DNA of 64,000 bases from Cetorhinus maximus (Eukaryota): positions 100,130,001 to 100,194,000 of the forward strand of contig NC_135886.1 in assembly GCF_964194155.1 (NCBI RefSeq), read 5' to 3'. A program made the translations under genes and the position numbers. Each line of letters starts with the position of its first letter. The stretch's first letter is position 1. The notes beneath the pieces were generated by a model that was not told where the DNA came from, did not search any database, and worked only from the letters and a program-made list of their open reading frames with translations. Shown in pieces: positions 49,086-62,897 of the stretch.

Positions 49086-50224
49086 GATGAATTTATAGCC
49101 CTTGCAGACTACAACTCTTCCCCACCCCCAATCAATAATTTTCCAATAACTTCAACTTTCTTCCGGCGTCACAAAAAAATGTTGAAAACTGCCACCATTG
49201 ACCACATAGCAGGTCTCAGAAGGAAAGTTCTAACATGGGATTATGCCCCACATAAGAACTTGCATACACCAAGATTTCCATGCGCCAGAGTATGTCACTA
49301 TTGCTGCTGAATTTAACAGCTATTCCTTTGACCTTCCTACTTTACTTGGGCTTGTCCACTAGAGGGCATACAATGACAGCCTTTGAATAACTTAAATAGT
49401 CATGGATCTGATTTCCACATGAATCATCATGTGCATCTTCATTTTATTAATTTCATTAATTTTGATTTCATAAATGACATTTGCTTTAAATATTAAGAAT
49501 TGTTCAATCCCATATATTACTCTTCATTGTTTTTTAAAATGAAAATCTATATATTTTTAAACATGAACCTTATAGCTACGTCACTAAAGAGTTTCTTTGT
49601 AAGATGTTATTTCTTAATTCCAATGTTTTCTGCTCACCTTGTTGAAATACAGAATAATATGAGTTAATTGCTGTCCAACACAAGGAGAGAAAGTGAGAAG
49701 AGTGAAATCAAGTACGCTTTATCCTTAGTAAATGGCAAAATGATTACAGTGTACGGTTCACAGTGTATTTCATTAGCACAACAGAGAGAAGAAGTCAATC
49801 CAAAATATTGAAAATGTAGGCTAAAAGGTACCTCAATAGCACTGTTTTACACTTTTTTTGTGTGGACATTGCTGATAGACTGGCTAACATATGATCCTTT
49901 CACTTTGGTGTTTTAAATTAAGATGCGGCCCAGACTGGTCAGATGAATCTCCTATTTGAAATGGCTGCGAGGGTCTGATGCAAAGCAAACTTGGGCAGGT
50001 TAAATCTTGTTATTAGGAGTTGGAGAGATATGTTTGCGCAGCACAGGATTTCTTAGAATTCGCTTCTAATGATCTTTTATTAATCTTATTCAGAAGTCAT
50101 TAAGAAGGCTTGAGTCAGAAATAGAAAAAAATAGATTGATATTAAGGAAGAAGGTGGAGAAATTGTTTGAGGCTGGAGTTTAGATACATTGTTGGCTTTA
50201 CTCCAAGCCCAGTTAGCGTTAAAC

Positions 50225-50980
50225 TAACAGTGGAGGCATTGGTTGAAATATTCCAGAACTCACTGGATTCTGGGAGGGTCCCAGCGGATTGGAAAACCGC
50301 TAATGTGATGCCCCTGTTCAAGAAGGAAGGAATACAAAAAGCAGGAAACTATAGGCCAGTCAGCCTAACATCTGTCAATTATTAAGGAAGAAATAGCAGG
50401 ACATTTAGAAAGTTTAACGCAATCAAACAAAGTCAACATGGTTTTGTGAAAGGGAAATCATGTTTGACAAATTTGATACAGTTCAAAATTATTCACTAGG
50501 CTGATTCCTGGGATGAAGGGGTTGATTTATCAAGAACAGCTAAACAAGTTAGGCCTTTATTCATTAGAGTTTAGAAGAATGATGAGTGATCTTATTGAAA
50601 TGTACAAGATTCTGAGGGTGCTTGACAGGGTAGATGTTGAGAAGATGTTTCCACTAGTGGGGGAATCTCGAACTAGGGGACATAGTTTCAGAATAAGGGG
50701 ACACTCATTTAAAACTGAGATGTGAAGGAATTTCTTCTCTCAGAGGGCAGTGAATGTCTGGAACTCACTACCTCAGAGAGTTGTGGAGGCTCGATCACTG
50801 AAAGTATTTAAAGAGAATGTAGATAGATTTTTAAAATATCGGGGAGCTGAGGGCTATGTGGAGCTGGCACAAAAGAGGAGTTGAGGCCTGGGGCAGATTA
50901 GCCATGATCTTATTGAATGGCGGGGCAGGCTTGAGGGGCCGAATGGCCTACTCCTCCTATTTTTTATGTTCTTATGCTCT
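50225..50980 (+). mobile_element. CR1 LINE with internal deletion
   Basis: DWKTANVMPLFKK..NYRPVSLTS is joined directly to the C-terminal region and tail. Confidence 0.88.
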
Positions 50981-51099
50981 TGATCTTGAAATGTTGTTCT
51001 GATGTCTGATTCAAAAAAAGTAAATATTTCTTAGTGCTAATGTTCCTTACCTTAATAGTGTACGAATACAACCCTCACCTCCCCTTTCAAAAATTAAAG

Positions 51100-51610
51100 T
51101 GTGGCTTGAACTGAGTGAGAAGCTAGGAATTTGGTGAGTGAGGAAATTTGGTCCGAGGTGGGAGGAAGTGCTCCTTTTTCTACCTTTTTTATCCTCCTGT
51201 AGTTGGTTCTTACATTGGTGCAGTGGAAGAAGCTGATTGTTGAGTAACTGGTAGGTTATTCTACTTAATAATAAATAGTTTGTAAAGTTAACATATGGCA
51301 GGGCAGTTCAGCCTAATGGAATGTACCTCCTGTGGTGTGTTGGATGTCATGGATGCACCATGTATCTTAGATAAACATATTTGCAGGAAGTCACCAGTTG
51401 CAAAAGCTTGAGCTCTGGGCTCCAGAACTCGAGCGACGGCTAGAGTCACTATGGTGCATCTGTGAGGCAGCAAACTATGTGGATACCCATGTTTAGGGAG
51501 GTGGTCACACCACAGGTTAGGAGCGTGCAGGCAAAGAGGGAATGGGTGACTGCCATGCAGCTGAAGAGAACCAGGCAGATAGTGCAGGAGTCCCCTGAGT
51601 CAACCTTGCT
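51100..51610 (+). mobile_element. CR1 5' UTR and ORF1 remnant (Zn finger / leucine zipper)
   Basis: From ATG at ~51295 it reads MAGQFSLMECTSCGV..HICRK and, after a frameshift, LQKLELWAPELERRLESLWCI. Confidence 0.7.
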
Positions 51611-52179
51611 TGCTATGGCATCATGCAATGGCGTGGTAAAAGAACATGCTTGAAGAAAACAAGAGCTGCATCAAAACAGCCAGGAGATATGCCATGAGGA
51701 TCAGCAAACAGAAATTGTTATTTAGGCTGATATGGAGGTCAGAGTGCCTGAAGTTCTGTTCCATTTAAAAAAAAGTGCCAGGAGCAGTCTTGTTGTTTTG
51801 GAGCAATGCTGTAATTCATCTGCAGATTTTCACAACAGGTTTTCCTTAGATATATCATAAGATAAAACAAAGAATTTTTTTTCTTTCTACCACCAAGACA
51901 TTCTTATTCAATTCTTTCCCTTTTTTCCTCCTTTTCTGAAGATGCTGCTGCCTATCAGACTTTATACTTAAAAAAAAAACGGTCAGTTTCAATTCTTATT
52001 AGGATTGCTGTGAGTTTGAATTTTGCTTAAAAAAACAGAAACTAAATGGAGAGGATAAGTATCAAACTGAGGCTGGGGGAATGAGTAGAGTTCTGATCTC
52101 CATTGCTCACAATGATGTCACATCAGTACAACTGCGCATGCACTGCACTGGCAGCAAACACAGCCAATTATGAAGACAT

Positions 52180-54330
52180 GAGCAGCAAGTTAGCTATGGT
52201 GGTTTGGGAAAATGCATTAAAAGATTTGATGGTAGACAGGCAAGGCTAGTATTTAAAGAAATATTACATGGTCCAGAACATAAATACATTTCTCCAAGAC
52301 ACAAAATCCCAACAGGAAAGGTGAATCAACCATGGGCTAACAAAAGAAGTTAAAGATTGCATTAGATCAAAGGAAGTGGCTTATAAGGTTGCCAGAAGAA
52401 GTGGTAAGCCTGAGGATTGGGAGCAATTTAGAATCCAGCAAAGAAGGACCAAGAAACTGATGAAGAAAGGGGAAAGAGAATATGAATGCAAGCTGGTGAG
52501 AAACATAATGGTGGACTTTAAAAGCTTCTTTAGGTATGTGAAAAGCAAAAGATTAGCAAGGACGAATGTGGATCCATTACAGGTACAGACAGGAGAATTT
52601 ATAACGGGGAATAGGGAAATGGTGGAGAAACTAAACAATTACTTTGAGTCTGTCTTTGCAGAGGAAGATGCAGAAAATCTCCCAGAAATACTGAGGGACC
52701 AAGGGACTTGTAAAAATGAGGAACTGAAAGAAATTAGTATTAATAAAGAGGTAGTACTCAAAAAATTAATTGGATCAAAGGTTGATAAATCCCTTGGATC
52801 AGATGAGTTACATCACAGAGTATTGAAGGAGGTGGCTATAGAGATAATGGATGCATTGGTGGCTATCTTTCAAAATCTATAGATTCTGGAAATGTTCCTG
52901 CAGACTGGAAATTAGCAAATGTAAACTCACTATTTAAGAGGGGAGGGAGAGAGAAAACTCAGAACTACAGACCTGTTAGTTTGACATCAGTAATAGGGAA
53001 AATGTTAGAATATATTATAAAGAATATGATAACTAGACACATAGAAGAAAATAATGATATTGTTGGGCAGAGACAGCATGGATTTATGAAAGAGAAATTA
53101 AGTTTGACAAACCTTTTGGAGTTTTTTGAAGAAGTTACTTGTAGCCTAGATAATGGAGAACCAATGGATGTAGTGTATTTGGATTCTCAGAAGACTTTCA
53201 ATAAGGTTCCACGCAGGAGGTTAGTAAACAAAATTAGAATACATGGGATTGGGGTAATATACTGCTATGGATTGAGAGTTGGTTAACAGACAGAAAACAG
53301 ATAGTAGGAATAAATGGGTCAGGCTGTTGCTAGTAGGGTATTGCAAGAATCAGTGCTTGGACCACAGCTGTTCACAATCTATATAATTAGTGTGGACATG
53401 GGGACCAAAAGTAATATTTTGAAATTTGCTGATGACACAAAACTAGGTGGCAATGCGAGTTGTGGAGGATACAAGGAGGTTTCAAGGGAATTTGGACAGG
53501 CTAAGTAAATGAGCAAGAACATGGCAGATGGAATATGATGTGAATAAGTGTGAAGTTATCCTCTTTGGTAGAAAAAAGCAGAAAGGCAGAGCATTTCTTA
53601 AATGGTGAGATGTTGGGAAGTGTTGATGTCCAAAGGGACCTGGGTGTCCTTGTTCATGAGTCACTAAAAGTTAGCATGCAGGTGCAGCAAGCAATTAGGA
53701 AGGCAAATGGTATGTTGGCCTTCATCGCAAGGGGATTTGCGTACAGGAGTAAAGACATCTTGCTGAAATTGTATAGAGCCTTGGTGAGACCACACCTGGA
53801 GTATTGTGTACAGTTTTAGTCTCTTTATCTAAGGAAGGATGTACTTGCTATAGAGAGAGTGCAATGGAGTTTCACCAAACTGATCCCTGGCAGGATTGTC
53901 TAATGAGAAGAGATTGAGGAAACTGGGCCTGTACTCTCAAGAGTTTCGAAGAATAAGAGGTGATGTAATTGAAACTTACAAAATTCTTACAGGGTATGAC
54001 AGAGTAGATGAGGATAGGATGTATCCCCTGGATGGTGAGTCTAGAACCAGGGGACATAGTCTCAGAATAAGGGACAGGCTACTTAAAACTGAGATGAGGA
54101 AGAATTTCTTCACTCAGAGGGTGGTGAATCTTTGGAATTCCCTACTTCAGAGGACTATGGAAGCTCAATCGTTGAGCATGTTCAAGACAGAAATCGATAG
54201 ATTTCTGGATACTAATGACATCAAGGGGAAAAATGGCGTAAAGGCAGATGATCAGCCACGATCTGTTTGAATGGTGGAGGAGGCTTGACAGGCCGAATGC
54301 CCTACTTCTGCTCCTAATTTGTATATTCCT
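52180..54330 (+). mobile_element. CR1 LINE ORF2 (RT) and 3' tail, decayed
   Basis: KSFFRYVKSKR, QHGFMK..LTNLLEFFE, LKFADDTK, LYRALVRPHLEYCVQF motifs and tail. Confidence 0.92.
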
Positions 54331-57300
54331 ATGAAAGATGTTAAGAATGGACTTAACCATTTCCAGTATTTTAAAAAATGTACCTCATATGGGAGAGTTT
54401 ATGGAACCCGCAAGAGCAGAAAATGCGTGCGGAGTGACAGAATTAGACAAGTTTTGAATTTTCAATTTTCCGATGACGGGTTGAGATGCAGATATAAAGT
54501 CAGCAATGTATTTGCGCCATGTCGGGCCTCGTGTCTGTGGTGAGTTCATACTGGTAATACATTTGTAATCTATGAATACTTATTAGTATAAAACTTTTTT
54601 TTTAGTAAAGTCTTACCTCCAAGATGAAGTCAGCAGTGCATGAGAACTTCATGGCACCCTGTTCGTATTTGTTTAAAGGTGGCGTGCACCAGCTGGCTTT
54701 ATGTAATTGTGTGTAAGGTCTGTGGTTTTCCTTGTTGAACTGTACAGCCCAAGGGAGGAGAGCAGGAGAATGGCAGTTTGCACTGAAGTTCAGGACCGTC
54801 AAGGGTGAGGGGTGGGTGGGTGTCTGCAATGGGGCTGGGGGCATGGAGGAGTGGAAGATGATCCAAAGGAGGACAGAGAGTGGGTTGGAGGCATGGAGGA
54901 GTGAAGCATGAAGGGCCACTTGGCTATCAGTCAAGGTAAGAAAGCAAAGGGCCTAAAGTGCGGCATTAATCCTGTCCAAATGTATGACCATCTCAGTGTG
55001 TTGGCTGGCAGAGTCCTTACAGGGCCTAGAGCTCACCTACAGCATTTCAATTATCTCCAGTGAGAGTGATCTCGGACAACGTCCTTTTCAATGCATAGAA
55101 GGGAGGTCCAGCTGAGCCTGCAAGTTTAGCCATGTTCCAGAGAGTGGAGAGTACAACACTGGACACTAACATGAACATTCAATAAAGAGTGAATGCAAAA
55201 ACTCAACCCTGTTTCTTCCACAATAAAGGAAATGTCCCTAACTCCCCTAAAACCATCTATGCATGCCAACAATAAGGTGCACCAATATACTTAGCTCTCT
55301 GACTAAGCTAGTCTCAACAAATATCAGTGATGCACACATGAATAATGTGAAACCAATGTAATGTGAAATAGTTAGAAATGAAATTTAAATTTGAAAAACG
55401 CCTGTGCCACCTTTGTCATCTCAATAAGTCTTATATTAATGGCAATAGAGTTGGGCAGGAAAGTTTTGGCCATGATGCAGAGTCTCCCTGTTTGACCAGA
55501 AGGTTCTTTTATAGCCTCCCTGTAACTGTGGCATTGTCAGCTGATGGCAGGTTCCATCACTGAAAAGCATCCCCCGCCATGGAATTGCACGTCTCCTGTG
55601 CACGCCATCGGCACTTTAAATTTTAATTGTATTCGCGTGGGAAATGGGGAAAAATATGAAAGCGGATGTGGTTCCAATTCCGATTTCCCCGTCGAGAATG
55701 CAGGCCACTTACATCAACCCATAATAAAATCTCAGTTGGAGAAGTTCATGCAGTGTTCAGTGAGGTATGTGAACAGGAGAAATACTTAATATTTATTTGA
55801 CAAATCTCATATACCTGAATATAATAACATAGACTGCATAATTTACCCTATTTTCCAAAGCTAACACAATCTAATCAAGACTTTATGCTTGTGTATGATG
55901 TGATATAGTCTGTGTTTTGGATTAGAACATTTCCAGGGTACACAATCATATATTTTATAGGGTTCTTTTCTTTAACTTTGCCAACAGCAATGACATTTCG
56001 TTTGTCTCTCAAATACATCCTACCCTGTTTCACATACAATGAATGAATTATTTTAAAGCACTATTGTTATGAAGGCAAACATTTAGAGACATTTTGTACA
56101 CTGCAAGGTCCTGCAAGCGGCACTGAGTTGAATGATCAGTCTAATCTGGTTTTGGTAGTCATAGCGAGGAACGAATGTTGGACAGATTATGAAATTCCCT
56201 GCCCTTTTTTGATTTTTTTTGAGCCACCGGAATGTGCAAACACCTAAAAGGTAAGGCCTCTGGTAATGCAACAATCTTTCAGTATTGCATTGAAGTACCC
56301 GAAGGAACATATCTTAAGCCCTCTTTGGAAAACCTTGGGGCAAGCTGTTGGATGATTGTGCCATTTCCAATCATTGCTGCTAAACTCCTCTTTTACCATT
56401 TCCTCCAGATGCTGCAACCAAAATACACTTTGACTTTAAGTAGTACAGGCTGGCTTTAAGCAGTGTAGGCTAGCTAACATTAGTGGTGCTCGTTTTTCAT
56501 GCACTTGGACCCTTGGCTGAAAGGTGCTCAGTAGTGTGCTTAGCACTGGGCTGCATGGCACTACCATTTAAATTAACATGCAGCATGAAGTTTGTGTGCC
56601 TGGAATCACTACAAATCGGTGCAGGTTTATTACACAACATGATCCCCGTGCCCAATCACCGGCCTTATCCAACTTTTCCCCCTTAACTTCCTGCACGTTA
56701 AAAACATCAAGAAATTGCACATGGGGCATCACTAGCGAGCTTCCATTTCCCAACCTTAGCCAATCAGATGCCAGAACAGTACACAAAATGGGTAGTGGTC
56801 CATAAGGGACTTTCTGGCTTTGTTATGTTCTGTTTTGTCCTCTTAGACCCTTTTTGAGACATCAAAAAAGGTTACAAATGTCAGCTAATGTTAGTAATGT
56901 CAGTTTTATTTGTCGATGAGATAAAGTATGCAGGCTGCCATTTGTTTCTTTAAGTACAAGCTTTGCCACAATTCTACATCATCACCTAACCTCAGATAAA
57001 GTACCAAGAAAGGATGTCTGCTGACATTTCAATCCATTCCATTATGCATTTTAAATACAATATGATGACCAAAACAATCCAAAATAATATCTGTAGGAGG
57101 ATTTAATGTAGTGCAGAAAGTGGTTTTTTAAATCAACTAATTTTCCTAGTAGAGACATTAGCAGTGGCTTTAACTCTACACCTCGGACAGTTAAAACCTG
57201 CTGATGTCTCCCATGGACTCGCTTTCTATAATTGAGGCATGTACTCCTGAAGTGGATCAGAATCAGACCAGATCAAAATCTAATTACATCAGTCCATCGA

Positions 57301-59749
57301 ATGAGTGTACATCCGGTCCCGGAGGTAACATTACCTGAGTCAGACACTACAGAATTCAGGGGTAGGGCTTGACCCTTTCCCTACTCCTTGTTGACCAGAT
57401 TCCCACTCCAGGTTAAAATTAGCACTATTAATAACTCCACATCTCACACAGGAGCAAAGATAAATTACATATGGACACAACAGTCCTCTCTGAAATTTCT
57501 TTCTTTGCTATTTTAGCTGTCTTATGTTCCTTTACGAACAGATGAAAGCTTTTGTTTGCACCTTTTGCATTTAATTACTTGTTTCTAAGTCGGTTTTTAA
57601 TCAATTTAAGGAACATCACTAAAATAATATAAATAATGTTAATGCTACTCCAGGAAATTTTTGTTTCCCTTTTTACTTTAAAAATGAGTGACATTGCGTT
57701 GCATCCTCACGATCTACCTTTGAAAAGGCTTTTGTACATTAACAAATACATGGTGCAGAAACCATGTTTTCCTGCAGGGGGTATAAAAACACCAGAAAGC
57801 TCCTTTCCTAACCTCGCTTTAGCCAATAAATACAATATCAGGAGAAAAGGGGAAAACTACTTCCCCGATGTTCAATACTATATTTCCTTTTGCTGTAAAA
57901 TATGAATCACAGGGTTAACAATTTGTAAAACAGGGCGAAAGGATCGATTTACCGAGAATCCCAAGAAAATCAACACTCAAAGCACCATCTGTCTGGAAAG
58001 ATCATAATGCCATCTGCTGTGATTCAGTCACTGCTTTGTGTCAGTCAGTATGGCGACGAATAATTGTAAATTAAGGAGTGTTGTGTATTGTCACTTTTTA
58101 AAAACTGAATAAGATACTTATAGTATCATTTTAAAATGCTTATATTCATAAAAAGCTATAATTGGAGTAACAGAAACATTTCAATCAAGCAAAAGCTGCC
58201 TATTAGCACCTGTCTTAACTCATCCTGTGATTTGACAGGCCTTATGAGCAAATAATGATATTTCTTAGCAAATAGGACACTTGCACATTCAAAAGAAAGC
58301 CACTGCAGTCCAAGAAAACATTGTAGTTAATTTGACTTGGAATAATAGCGAGTCAGTTTTACATTTCCCCAAATGCTGAAGTCAATTGAAGTATCATAAA
58401 TCAGGAGAGATATAAAATGGGCTGTTGATTTGTTGTCACCCATTTTTATTACCGCACAAAGTCATGTAGATAATTCTACATTAGATATGCATTTAACTGA
58501 GAATACACTTCAATTTGCATTGTTCTTTTTAAATAGGTCATTTAACTTAGGGCATGTTTAATGAGCTGTAATGCAGGCCCATGAGCAGATGCAGCTTACT
58601 GTTGTGCAGATTAATATGAAATGTTATGCACTAAGTTATTAAGATCCAGCTAGCTTTTGTGAGTTGCCTTGCGATCATGCAGATTAAACTGTGAAAGGAC
58701 AATATTATCGATATTGGTTGTGCTTTACAATTACGGATGATATTGACATTTTTCAGGTGGAGATTTAGCATTCCTGAATTTAAATTGTTTTAATTAGAAC
58801 AGAATAATTGCATAATTTATTGATCAGCATTATTGACATTCTATTTATTCTATGTATAGTGGAATCTTTATGAACCTTCATCTTGGTAGATTATGGGCAC
58901 TGATGAAGAGACCCACATCTTGATTATACACATTTGGCATAGTAACACCCTGAGCATGGGAACGGAGACAAATACAATTTACTAATTTCAATTAAGATAA
59001 ATTGAATTTAATATTTCCTGGGATGTGAGGGCAATTTATGTTAGAGAGAGGAGACTGTGCACAGAGACAACAATTTGTGCAAGGCTTTGCCCCACAAATG
59101 AAATTTAGAGCACAGTTAATGTAGGCCCTGTTGCATAAAAATAATCTTAAAGTAACAAATTATGGAATATTAATATTGCTATGTCTGACATCAGAGTGTT
59201 ATTTTTGCAGATTTAATCTTCCTCATATATTGATCAGCATTTAAGGCTTTCAACCAAACATATTTTTCACCACTATGTGACCAAGATTTAAAATGAGTAT
59301 TCAGATGTGGGCAGGGCTTGCTGATATGCCCTAGAGATGTGAGTGCATATGCCTTAAGGCGTTGTGGAATTCTGGAGTTGATGCAGGGATTCTACTTTTA
59401 TTAAAAGACATTTTATATCTATTTAGATTGGTTAAAAAACTAGAATATTTCTGTGGTACAGCTGCAACTGAAGGAGTGAAAGCTGAGGATGTTGAGGATT
59501 AAATTTCTTTTGAAACTGTCATGGAATTTAATTGTAGCCATTGTCAGGCAATAGACTAATGAATACCTATAAATAATCCCTAAATTAAATGCTCAGTGTA
59601 ACTGTGATGTAAATGAATTAATCCAAGGGCAAATCATACTGCAAGATCACCTCTACCTGTTAAATTTGCACTTACTTCATGCTAATGGAGGCTGTGTTTA
59701 TTTTTATATTGCATTAAACAGGAAGTTTTTTTTTAATCTGCTGCAGATA

Positions 59750-60520
59750 TAGGAAAATAGAGACATGAGGAAGCCATTTAGCCCCTCAAGCCTGTTTCGC
59801 TTGATGTGTGTCTTAACTCCATCTACCCACTTTGATTGTAGCCATAAATCCTGGCTTACCAAAAATCGATTAATCTAGATTTGAAAATTTTCAATTCACA
59901 CAGACTAACAGTTTTTTTGGGGGAGAAGGTGCCAGATTTCACTATCCTTTGTGCATTTTTACATCACCCCTGAGCAGCCTAGTTCCAATTTTAATGTTAA
60001 GTCTACTTGAACTAGGCTCCCCCATCAGAGGAAATACTTTCTCACTATCTATATGTGAGACATCTAACAGTCGATGCAAAATAATACATTTTAATGGGGG
60101 TGGGGGGGGGGGGGAGCGTGGTTTAACCACTGAAACCCCTTTGATCACCTTAAACACCTAAATTTACCCATTATAAAAGCAAAATACTGTGGATGCTGGA
60201 GATCTGATATAAAAACAGGAAATGCTGAAAAAACTCAACAAGCCTGGCAGCAGTTCCAAAGAAGAGTGATATCGGAATCGAAACATTAACTCTGTTTCTG
60301 TCTCCACAGATGCTGCCAGACCTGCTGAATTGTTCCAGCACTTTGTTTTTCTTTCAATTTACCCATTAATCTTCTATACTCAAGGGTTTAGAAGACTAAA
60401 CTATGCAATCTATCCTCAATTTAACCCGGGTATAATTCTGGTGAATCTATGCTGTGCCCCCTCCAAGGCCAATATATTCTTTCAAGGTGTGAGATGTCTA
60501 ACAATCTATGCAAAGTAACG
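59750..60520 (-). mobile_element. CR1 3' fragment containing a G-tract and a Penelope-type insert
   Basis: Reverse-complement CR1 tail at ~59760; DSEKVFPLMGE remnant; G-run at ~60096-60114. Confidence 0.65.
60174..60355. mobile_element. Palindromic Penelope-type non-autonomous insert with exact 13-bp TSD
   Basis: aatttacccatta at 60161-60173 and 60356-60368. Inverted arms (aaatgctg..ctggcagca / tgctgccag..ccagcac) surround a degenerate hammerhead-like centre (aagaagagtgatatcggaatcGAAAcattaac). Confidence 0.75.
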
Positions 60521-62596
60521 AAGTTTTTATTGCTTGGACTGGGAGCCCGGTATCTGGGTTTCAGTTGCCTTCTTGAAAGCATTAGTTTGCAGGTTTTCAG
60601 GTTAGAAAACTTATTTTAATAGGAGGACCATGTGAAGGTTACTGTCTCTCTTCCATCGCCCATATCCTGAACGTCTGCCCTCAGAGATCCATTCCTGATG
60701 GCATCACAACCATTCACACTGCATCAGCTGATGCCATTGAATGGATTGTTAACCTCAACATTGAACTAGAACTGCTTCCTCAGATATGAATTTTAAAAAA
60801 ATTAACAATGGCATTCTATTCAAGAAACACATTCAGAGCCCAAAGGCTAAATTGCAGTGTAGCTTATATCAAAAGATTCACCTATAGGCTAAGTAACCAA
60901 GTTAAATACATATAAACATGTAACAATCATGTTGTAACAAAAATAGACAAATTCAGCAGGTAACAATGAAGTGATGGACAGGATATTAAAAGATGAGCAA
61001 TGTTGAATTACAATTATATTAAAATTACAAACCAATACACCATTCCTACATCACAAACACTGAAGTACTTCATTGAGGACTGGAGCCATATAAGGAATAG
61101 GGCTGCATTCGTACATTTCTGTCCTATATCTTATGGGGATGAATTTAGTTGAACTTCTAAATCGCCATGATTGTTCTAAGCATGGTGGTAGTAACTATTG
61201 TATGACGTTGTATGTGCCTGCATACTATTGCAAGGTATAGTTGCTTGACAGAGCAAGGGTCAACGTGGAACTGGAGAATAGCACTGCCACGGTATGATGT
61301 ATAGGGTCACATTGTAATGAATTCAGAGAGAACAGTCTAGAGAGAACACTCTGGATACAGTCTACCTACATAGCAACAGTAACCTGTCTGTAAATGGTTA
61401 AAGACTACCAATAAAGGGTTTGTGTTTAAATATACACGTCTCAAGATCTCATCGTTGTGACATCACCGCACACCATATTACAACATGGTTGGCAACGGTG
61501 GGATATCAGCGCTATCAGCATAATACAACATGGTTGGCAGTGGTGGTTGCTTCTACAAGATCTCACATCAGAGAGAGTAACATAATCTGACGTGGTGATC
61601 TGCGGTGATATGAAAGATGGCAGCTAAATGCATGAACCCAGAGCAGCATCCCAAAGTATGAAAAACTAAAAGCAACTGAAACCTAACTAGAGCGATGTGC
61701 ACCTAAGAAGAAAATTTGAAGAAACAATCACAGAAGCTTTGCGACAAACTTAGAAGTTGAGGAATCCACTGGAGTAAGTGGAAGTTTATTACAAGACTCC
61801 TAAGTGACGAAGAGTAAAAAGGAAAAAAAACCTGGTCAGATCACAAAGATGGGTGAGCAAAAATACAAAAATTGCAAGAACCTGAGTGACACAGTTCACA
61901 AGATGGCAAGAAAAAACACAAGAAAAGTAGCTGCACTTACATTTTAGAATAGGTGGCAATCTCAAGGGCTCAGCATCCAAAGGGCAGCTGAAATAAAGCT
62001 GCAAGTAAAATCAAAGGTTAAAAACAAACCAACATATAAAAATCGGCTGGCAGAGTCAAAAGTTTAAGCAGAGTTTAAAAAAATTAGACATGCAGATTTT
62101 AAGAACAAAGTGCTGTCGCCTTCAGTTTTAAAAAAATACTCTGATCAGACCGCAAGCACATTAAAACTCTCTCACATTCAAAAAGCCACACATGAGAAGA
62201 AAAAAATCGCCCAGAAAAGAAATGCTTGCTCCTACCTTAAAAGTTTATAACAGATTTAAAAAAAGGCCTGCGATTGCCAGATCTCCAGGATTGGGAAAAG
62301 TGCAGGAAATGTACACAAAGAAACCAACAGCTGCAGAAACAACCTAAGAAGGAGAGAAACAGTTACTACACTGACAGCTCTTACAGCGGTAATGACGTTT
62401 AAAGCAGTAACTAGAAAATGAAAAACCAGCCATGTACAGAAAATTGCAAGAGTCAGACGCATTTGCGCTATGGAAATAGCTAATCAGACCAAAGAGTGGG
62501 AGAAGATAATTTTTACAGTACAGGAGAAATACAGGATTAAATAAGGAATCAGAAGAAGTACAAGAAGGTAAGTTTTTGAAGATAAGTTTTTGAAGC

Positions 62597-62728
62597 TCTG
62601 AAGAAGTCAGACAGACTCGAATCGTTAACTCTGTTTCTCTCTCCACAGATGCTGCCAGACCTGCTGAGTTTTTCCAGCATTTTCTGTTTTTATTTCAGAT
62701 TTCCAGCAGCTGCAGTATTTTGCTTTCA
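62597..62728 (+). mobile_element. Penelope-type fragment with degenerate hammerhead-like motif
   Basis: Reads CTGAAGA-agtc-agaca-gact-cGAAtcgttaac followed by tctgtttctctctccacagatgctgccagacctgctgag...gtattttgcttt. Confidence 0.7.
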
Positions 62729-62897
62729 TCATTAATAGGTTTTTATTAGTCTTTGATTCATTTGCTGGTGAAGTACACCACAGCCAACGTATATATCAAT
62801 ACTCAACAACTTTTGATGAGATATTAAAAGACTTTGACAGATATTTTAAACCGTAGGTTGTGGAGAGCACAGACCATAGAAGAAGGTCTAGCTCAGC

